From Lama glama (lineage: Eukaryota), in assembly GCA_028534125.1 (NCBI GenBank), contig CM052817.1, forward strand, positions 58,344,224 to 58,408,000: DNA of 63,777 nucleotides, written 5' to 3'. Shown here piece after piece: positions 54,880-63,777 of the stretch. The notes beneath the pieces were generated by a model. It had not been told where the DNA came from. It did not search any database and was given only the letters and a program-made list of their open reading frames with translations. The translations under genes and the position numbers were made by a program. The stretch's first letter is position 1. Each line of letters starts with the position of its first letter.

Positions 54880-55330
54880 CTAGTCAGTTTTGTTGCTTTA
54901 ATGTTGCAAAGTAAACAACTGTATACCTCAGAGCTCACTAGTCTAAGGGTCAGCTGTAGTTCTGCCTTGCTTCCTGAAATCAACTAAAGAAGCTTAACTT
55001 CGCTTTGACTGAGGATCGGATGTGGGTCTGGTATACCTGTCTCCTCATTCTGGCCTCGACAGCTACCCAGGACATGTTCTTGTGGTGGCACTGGAGTACA
55101 GGATGGTGAATTGGAATCATGAAATGTCTCTTGAAGAAGACATAGAAAACTAGCACTCTGACACTTCTGTCCGCATTCCACTGGTTATAGTATGTCTCAT
55201 GGGATAAGTTCAAATTCAGTGGAATCAGAAAATATACTGTATTAATAGGGAGGTTATAGTGATGGAGGGGAGGGGAGGAAAATAGAAGTATTTGTTTTTC
55301 ACAGATACAACAAATACTATCTAATAGCAC
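54880..55330 (-). mobile_element. Old MaLR LTR (MLT1I/J-like)
   Basis: gtcagttttgttgc...ctacccaggacatgttctt...cacttctgtccgcattccactgg...gaaaatatact. Confidence 0.55.
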
Positions 55331-57559
55331 ATAATACTATACATGAGTTTTTATATAAGTGGTATAATTAAGCCTTAATGTGTATTTTGATTTATATTAA
55401 TAGACAGTTTAAAAAAAGGCCAAAGCACCATCATTTACAATAATCTTGTTATATTCAGAATATTAACACTTTTGAGAAGGTTTATGTTGAGAACATATTC
55501 ATAAAACCTGATATACAATACAGGTTGAAGTAAAAGTTATGAAGCCTTCATTTCAAATCAGTGACTGGGTGTGATTATTCCATCAACAACTGTCTCGTTT
55601 AATATTATTTCAGTGTAAACAGATGCAGTGAATTTTAGATGATAAAAATTCTAAGTCTTGTCTGTTCTGTAACAAAAGATGAATTTTTTCATAAAATGAT
55701 GGTATCATGCCTCATATTCTTAATATCTTCATATTTACATCACAAAAAGAATTCAAGTAGATAAAAAAATCTTTATATCTGTTTTAAATATTTACAAGTC
55801 TTATTTTGTTTTATGGGTCATATGTAATAGTAGTATCACTTAAAGTCTTTAAACAAAGGCAGAAATCAAGACAAAGGTTAAAATTAGGCATCATTTTCTC
55901 CTAAAATATTTTTAAAAACTTTTTTACATTTTACATTTTTACATTGATTTAACTCTAATGATGTGTTCAAGTCTTTCTGCAAGTGATGAGTCAATGATTA
56001 TGTAATAACTGTTTAAGTGCTAATTATTAGGAAATTTTGTATCAATACATAATTCCTATATTTCTAAAAATAAAGTTAGCTATGAAATATACATGTTAGT
56101 GTCAGATTTTAAGGTGTTATTACCCTATGGCTGAATCCATGCTTTGGTTCCAAAAGTTAATTTGATACTGTGTTTTAAGTGCCTACTATGTGCAAGGTGC
56201 AGGTACTAAATGTATGTCTGGTGAATTCCCTAGAGAAAAAGCACCTTACTTCTTATTCAGGAACTACAAAGACATTTATTTAATGCCTCTCAACATGAAA
56301 TGTTGTCTTCCATACTGCTCTGCTTATCCCATTTACTAGCTATTTAAATTCTTTTGATTACTTAGCAAAAAACTGTTGCATATATGATGAAATTTGGGAC
56401 ATCCAGTTACTCATGCTTGAAATCAAACTCTTCATTTCCCTTCACAGACTTATCTCTTGTTTTTCAATATGGTTCTGCATTCATGTTGATGTATGCAAAT
56501 TATATAATGGTCTTGCCTTTGTTTTTTTCACTCCATCTCTTTACCTAAGCTTGTATGATGTCTTGATAACCCTGCTAAAGTTATTTCAATTCTCATTCGA
56601 ACAAATTAATCAAAATGGTATCATAAATTCAGTAGCAGAAGAATTCTTGTCAGATCTTAATGGCAAAAAAAATAGATTAATAAAAGTATGACTTTTCATG
56701 TCCCATTACCCCTTGAAGTTTTGGGCACTCTCTAAAAGGAATATTTAGACTATTCTATGACTGAGCCATTAGTTATACCTCCTTTCAAATTAATTCAAAA
56801 AGCAGCTAAGGACAGATCAGTCATTTGTAAGAACAATTAGATTCAAAAGTTAAAAATACTGCATGTAACATTTCTTTCCTATTAATGGTTTCTTCTGTTC
56901 CATTCACCACTTTGGTTTTTCAATTTGTAATCAACAAGTTCCTGGTGTTTAAAGGCCACATTAATCTTCCCTCTCTTTTTTTCGTAGTAGAAATCATCTC
57001 TGTGAATACATCATGCAGTAGGTTAATTCTGAATTGCTAGTCTCTAATAATATTTTGAAGCTCCAGATAGTTGGTCTATGATTGATCCAAGTTCTGGGCT
57101 TGTATGTGTGATTTGTATAACAAGAGAGAAAATAAATGAAAATAAAAGGAGTTCTGTGTACTTTTTCCATATCTTTTGTTTTAATTAATGTTGATGTCAC
57201 TTTACCTGGATATAGCTTTAAAGCATAGAGAAATGTGGATTTGAAAGAGAAGCAACTAAGAAACCAGCCAAACAAGCATGTAAACAAATAAATCAATAAA
57301 TCAATATTTCCATCATAACATATGAAGACATATTTTGGAGAAAATATGTTCTATGACTTCTAAAATCAGACTAATCATAAGAAATTAATAGTAGCTCTGA
57401 AATGTTTCAAAGTTTTATGAATTTGTATGTAAGATATATATACTGACAATAATTAGCAAACAAAGAAAGAGGATATCTAATTCTTCCTAAAAGCAAATAA
57501 ACAAAAATTAAAATCATGTCAGTAGTAGAATATGGCAAATATAAAGAAAAGGTATGTCT

Positions 57560-57662
57560 ATGTAGTGACTGTTTCACAGTATATACAAATATCAAGTCAT
57601 TATGTTGTATACAGAAATTAATACGGTGTTTTTATGTCAATTGTATCTCAATTTTTAAAAAA
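57560..57662 (+). mobile_element. Extreme 3' end of an L1MA/MB element
   Basis: atatacaaatatcaagtcattatgttgtatac...tatgtcaattgtatctcaatttttaaaaaa. Confidence 0.7.
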
Positions 57663-59957
57663 GAATAGAACAAGTATAATATGTAAGTTTATGAAGGGTT
57701 TCCACTTTTTTCAATTTTAGTAGATAAAATCATTTTTCTTTAGAGACCTTAATATGAAAAGAAAAAAAGTTAAGTATTGAGGAGGAATTTATTCCTTTGT
57801 ACCTTTCCTGACCTTCATTAAAAGTTCATTTTTTAATCATTTTATTCTTAATGATGATGATAAGTGTGTTTGATATTCATAGGAATTTCACTTGGAAAAG
57901 ATAAAAGATTTCATAATAATAGAATGTTGGCTAAGTAGCTAGTTATTACACAGTTAAGTTTCTGGTCTTTAAAATGCACAGAAATCTTAGATCCTAGTAA
58001 TTAATGATATTCATATCTGTTGATATAAAATGAGACTGTGTTAATCCAGGGGTCATAAACACTGTCAAATTTAGAGGATTATGTTTTAGCAAGTAAATTG
58101 TGTCCTTTGACTTAAGAATAATTGCTTCTCATTTGTCTGTACTTTTTTCTTTTTGCTTTGGGTTGTCAACCAGGTTGCCCTTAGATGCATTTTAATACTT
58201 TCTTTGACAGTTGAGCTACTATTCTCTATGACACGATCGGAAAATGCCAATGGAAACGATTGCTCTAAATACGGCTCTGAAAAATGCAAACATTTCGGAA
58301 GTATAAGATATATGCCTACTTGGCATAAGTTTCTAAGCTTTAGTGTGGTGTTGTTTGGGAAAGTATTTTTTAAAATAGCCTCATGAAATGGAAGAAACAC
58401 AATTAGGAATACCTTTTTCTAAATATATTTTTGGCCCTTTCAAATTATATCTGAGTAGCCTACAGTTATATTTTATCTAAATATTCTTACAAAATAATGC
58501 CTTACTAATTTACCTACACTTAATTTTTTTTAAATCTCAAGTTAGATAGCTTTATAGAAATAAACTTAAATTTACCAACTTGATTAACTTTCAGTTGACT
58601 ACTATGATTATTGATAGTAGCTAATGAAAGAAGCAGCACATACTTATCTAATAGAAAACTCTTTAGGTTTGTTTGAACAATCTCAGGCCCAAGAATCTAC
58701 TATATATGTTAAGCAGAGTATTTCACAACATATAAACATTTAAAACAAAATATGACATCTTTAAAGCTGAAGATGAATCATTTTAGAATTTTTTTGAAGT
58801 GTATGTTCTCTAAATAGCACAGCACTTTGAACGTAAGAGGAGCTAAATAAATATTCTGCTAAAATTATTTAAATTATTTGGTTCTCAGATGTATGCAATA
58901 ATAGTCCTTATCAATTTTTATTCTTAAACCCTGTACAGGATTATCTAATGAAATTTTTTAAAAAAAGAAACAGTTCTCATTCTAAAATTTTATCTCGGGG
59001 GTATAATTTTTAAGTGAAAATGTAATTGCCTATAGGAAATAAAACCTAGATACATAGCATTCCAAGTTTAAGATTTTATTACTTTATACAGTTAATCGTC
59101 TTCCATTGTTGTGTGACTATAATAAAATTTTGATAAGAGGTCTAACACATTTAGAAAAATAAATCACATGAAAAATGCTGTGCTCAGACATTACAGAGCA
59201 TGTACTTAAATGCTCACTCAACATGAGATTAGTGTTGTGAAAACAGCCATGTTCATTCTTTCTTCTCCTGGATGTTTTATCCTGGAGCTTTGGGTATAAG
59301 GGGAAAAGTCTTCATGTTGTTCTTAAAATTGGATTTATGTCTTTCAAGATTTTCACAAACTTGTTTCCTAAATTCTGTGAATTTTTCAATTCAATGTATA
59401 TTAAAATTATGTAATACAATTTCTCTGAAAGGATTTTTTTGGTCTTATAGTCATATTCAGATAATATTTTTTCCTGTTAATGCAAATGTATTGCAGTTTA
59501 TTTTGAAGAAGGCCTCTCATAGTCTGATATATTCTTGGGATAGCCGTGGATCTTTGTGTGGATGACTGGAAAAAAAATGTGAAGATTATTTTTGGATATT
59601 CCAAACTGATAATGATGCCATAATTTAATAAGACTGTGGTTTTCTATGTATTAAGTTTTACATTCCTAGCTATGGGCATTTTGCTATATATCATGAGATT
59701 TTACAGAGCATTCTAGTTTTTAACAAACCTTGCTTAATTCATACCTGTCCTTACTTGCACCCATTAACTTTTAAAGTGTCTATTCTTCATCTATTGCAAA
59801 ATTATATCATTTATATTAAAGTGTCCCTTGACTACTGTTATCATTATCTATCTCATTTCTTCAAGTCTTTACTTAGAAAATTCTCAATGTAATTGCTAAT
59901 GATTGAAACTAATGGTGATTTAGTGTAGTTTATTTGTGTATATATATTTATAGATAG

Positions 59958-59961
<4 letters not shown>

Positions 59962-59994
<33 letters not shown>
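59962..59994. repeat. (TA)16 microsatellite
   Basis: Directly visible. Confidence 0.95.
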
Positions 59995-59997
<3 letters not shown>

Positions 59998-60544
59998 ATA
60001 CATGTGTATATACATATGATAGATCTTAAATAGAGGTGGAAAAAGGACAGAATATAAGATGCATTCCATAGTTTTTTACCGTGTAGTATGGTCAATTTAA
60101 ACTGTACAGTAATCATCCAGTATTGACTATAATGATAAATTAAGATATAATGATGGTAAAATTTGCTGAATTGTTTTTGGCATTGGGCACAGTGATAGGC
60201 ATTTTTAAAAAATCCTTCCCCTAATACTGCAAGGGCAGATGTTGTCATACCATGACATGGTGAAGTGAATTGACATTCTCAACAAATTATTAAATGTCTC
60301 TGAGCTTCCGTTCTCAAAAACGGTGGTAAAGAGTTTCATACAAATGCTAGATGCTCAAAAATTACTTGTTGGGAGATTCCAGTTAGTGTTCCTTAGCCTT
60401 TCTTAACCCTCTGGGTAGGACTGCTTTCCTTCTCTGCTTCCACAGGGCTTTGATCTTATCTCTATAATAGCACTTAAGCTGTGTCTTGAAATTCCACTTC
60501 CATGTCTCTTTTAGGAACAAAGGGTCATTTTGGTTTTCACTCAG

Positions 60545-60750
60545 CTTCCACTCTGTGAATTGCTCAGACCTATACTTGCCAGAGGAACTTAGGGCAGCTG
60601 CTCACCTGAGCCTGCCCGTTCTCCCCTTGAGAGTGTATGGTCTACCCCTTAATAAATCCTCACTTTGCTTTCTTAACCTCTGCATCTTGTCTCTAAATTC
60701 TTTCTGGGGAGGGACAAGAATCTGGACACCAGTTACATCTACTGGCAACA
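60545..60750 (+). mobile_element. 3' (R/U5) part of an ERV1-type LTR
   Basis: gagagtgta...cttAATAAAtcctcactttgctt...ctctaaattctttct...gacaagaatctggaca...ggcaaca, typical ERV1 LTR end terminating in CA. Confidence 0.6.
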
Positions 60751-63071
60751 GAAAGAGATTATTCCTAAAAAGATAGCATCAATCTAAAGCAAGTCAGTGA
60801 TCATCAGAAAATATCATTTTTTTATGATTAGTTGTTTATGGTTATAAGAAAGAGAGTTTAGGAAATATTTTTCATGCCATAAGTGAAATTCCCATGAAAG
60901 AATATAAGTAAAATAAAAACCACTTATATTTTTTTCTATTTGTGTTTTTAGATGTTTATTAAGCACCTCTGCCCTTGGCTTATATTTCACTCCACAATTT
61001 TTTCATTAATGTAAATTCAATATTTATCAGTATTTAAATATGAACTTTGAAATATAACAATCATTGTTAAATTCCCTTTGTATTCTGTGTTTCACTCAAG
61101 TTGCCTCTCGCTTTTTAACACTGAATATTCTTTGGTAGCTTTGGTTCTGTTCTTAACAGGTAGATGGATAGGTTTGTTGATACAGTCTTTTTCCAACTCT
61201 CTTGTTTCTTAAATGAAATCTTTAAGTAGCTATTTCATGATTTTACTGCATATATTTTATGCACAATTTTGACATTGAACAAGAAAATTGAAGAATTAAA
61301 TGAAGTATGCAGGAATGTGGATTTGTACATAGAAATAAAATCCAAGCATGAAAGAACACACTAGTTTTGTTCTTTAGACTGATTGCTGTTTCATAAAACA
61401 GCAGCGATTATCTCTTCCCTGTATCCCAAAGCAATAAAAAACATAATGGCTCAGAACAAAACTGAAAAAAGACATATATTGTAAGTTATACCATTATTCT
61501 TTACCTCCTTCCTTTGTCCCTTAAAAAATGGAAAAAAGGAAAGAATAAAAGACATAAATGAAAGGAAAGGGCAAATCATGAAGAATGATAGAGGACTCTA
61601 TACTGTCCAAACATTATTTGAAGAAAAATGTTCATCTATCAAATTTCAAACTGTGATTGTTAGTCTCTGCATTTATTTTTTCTGCATGGAGAATTGTTAC
61701 GTTATTTCTGTTTCCAAAAAATAGAAAAGGAAAAATATAAGACATATTTTGTGTATATTCCCCCATCTTGTCACTTCTTTTTGGGCCCCTCACTGTGAAA
61801 GCCAGGAACTAATGTAAAGGCTAATTCTCAATGATTAATTAGGAATATGTTTGCTTCCACAGAAAACCTACTTTTAAAATATAATTTCCCTTTTTTTAAA
61901 GCAGACATTTGACAACTCATGGAGAAAAAAGCCAATTTTATTTTATGTAGATTTAAGGTAACTTTCTTCAGCGTAAACATAGATACAACCCTGAAAATAA
62001 AGAGTGGAAGAATGTGAGAGACAATATAATGTGTCTATATAGAAACAAATGAGGTGCTTATATGTTAATTTATGTGTGAATTTGGTTTCATTTTGTACTG
62101 TTGATGTTTAATACAATTAATTGATTATTAAACTTTGGATTGGGTCACTGACCAGGAAAATAATTTTTAAGATTTATGCAAAATATGTTACAGTGGAGGA
62201 CACTGAACTTGTCTTTCAAAAAAGCAGTCGTAGTGGGAAATGGAAGGAACAAGGTTTTCTAGGAGCTAACTGATAATAATTAGTAAAGGAGGGATAAAAT
62301 TTGATCCAGCTATCTATCTAATCAATCTGTGCCTTGTCTATACCTTATAGACCTATACCTTATAACTGTTATTCAACAATCTTTTTTATTACAATTAAAG
62401 TTTTCTAGATTTTTTTACTTTAGTTAAACCTCACACTATTTTTTTTTAAACCTAGATGAACCTCACTGTGCTATTTTGCACATTTTGCTTTCTTCCCTTT
62501 ACATTTTGAATCATTTAGACTTTTTCTCTACATAGGAAATCTCTAAATTTTCTCTGTGATGTATCCTTGGGCCTCCTCTCCTTCAAGGAGCATATGCTAA
62601 ATATTTCCTTACATTCTCCTATTGAAAACCATCCATTCTGAGCCTCAGAATGTTGTGAGACTTCTAGGGGATGGTGATGGGCCATTGTTGTCAGTTTTTT
62701 CTTGACTGTTTCATTCACAGTGTTCCACCACAGTATCAGATGTAATGGAGACAGCTTTGTACTTTCCTTCCTGGTAACTGGGCGATCTAGCCTAACTATA
62801 ATTCATATTATTACATTTTTAAAACATAGACCTGATTTTAACATAATTAAACACTTATGCTCATTGTCTATAGAAATAACTTTATCTTAGCAGTTGATTG
62901 TCTTCTGTCAAATACCGTAACTAATTTCAAAGTACATAGTGTCTTGAAGCTTACTAAACAACCTTGTTAAAACATTAGCATATACTGATTTAATGTATTG
63001 CTTTTTTAAAAAGTTTGCATTTTTAAATATTCTGTTATAAGTATGTTGCATATACATATACGTGGGTGGTG

Positions 63072-63077
<6 letters not shown>

Positions 63078-63131
<54 letters not shown>
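63078..63131. repeat. (TA)27 microsatellite
   Basis: Directly visible, 54 bp pure run. Confidence 0.97.
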
Positions 63132-63134
<3 letters not shown>

Positions 63135-63777
63135 TGTGCGTATATGTATTTCATAAATTCAAAGGATTAAGCCTTTGCTAGGAATTCCAATTGTAGAAGA
63201 GTTTGGGAGTTATATATTTTGCCGCTACATGTTTGCACATATGCATGTGCATGAGTGTATCAGTGCATATCTGTGTGTGAAAAGAGATGTAATAGTGATA
63301 TACTCTTGTCACAACATAAAGCAGCTCATTATTTCCTCTAACATCTAAACAAAAGGCTACCCTTTACTCCACATTGCCTTCCTAGAAGATTTAGATATAT
63401 GAAGGGCAGAAATTCTTTTGTTAATTAATATTCCAGAAGAACTTAAGTCTTTATAGCACCAAGGTGGAGGAATAAGCACCAAATAAAAACAAGAAGAATG
63501 TATTAGTATATATCCTTTAAAAAGAACTGAAGTTTGCCAAGACATTCACCAGCTACAAGTCAGACATAAGAAAGCTCTACTGAGTAAAGCCAGAGATTGA
63601 ATTATCTTTTCCCCTAACTACAACTGCAAGCTTTAAAAAAAAACATAATTATCATAACTATGTATAACTTGATTTGCCTCAAGCCAAACACCTTCTTTAA
63701 CCTGAAAGAGTAAACCTTCGTTTAAGAACAATTTTAGTGATTAACCTTTTATTTATAGTGCCTCTTCCTGGCCACTG

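Larger units (their letters stand above)
33166..63777 (+). other. CCSER1: 5' part of the CCSER1 intron downstream of the exon (at least 30 kb)
   Basis: Starts with GTAAGT; the next expected CCSER1 peptide (NLSLKLTKD..., recalled) was not seen in the window. Confidence 0.8.

Noticed and set aside
62335..62366. Short tandem duplications (ctataccttata x2; also near 3015 and 23152)
   Set aside because: Ordinary slippage duplications of 9-14 bp with no further structure.
1..63777. A novel multi-gene or prokaryote-like system (CRISPR array, operon, defence island)
   Set aside because: Eukaryotic intron dominated by mammalian repeats; no regularly spaced repeat-spacer array and no long ORFs (longest listed is 134 aa).

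Overview
Very AT-rich mammalian genomic DNA, most likely camelid (alpaca/llama/camel), judged from a camelid-type tRNA-derived SINE and young camelid-type L1 3' ends. The window lies inside the very large gene CCSER1 (FAM190A), + strand. It holds one 121-nt coding exon (33045-33165, (V)CREDSYHSVVSCAAVVLTPMEPTIEMKKREELKFPEPSK(Q)) that the ORF track misses. The rest is intron filled with L1, L2, L3/CR1, MIR, MaLR/ERVL LTRs, hAT and Tigger fossils, and (TA)n/(TG)n microsatellites. I found no CRISPR array, RNA gene or novel protein-coding system; the listed ORFs are chance frames or repeat remnants. The best leads are two GC-rich blocks that look foreign to this isochore (37549-37871 and about 39850-42310), a poly(A)-signal layout overlapping the exon's 3' splice site, candidate recursive splice points, a CpG-retaining patch with an antisense 36-nt micro-exon signature, and several well-preserved retrotransposition footprints. 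Gene and repeat family names are from memory of consensus sequences, not database searches; old-repeat boundaries are approximate.
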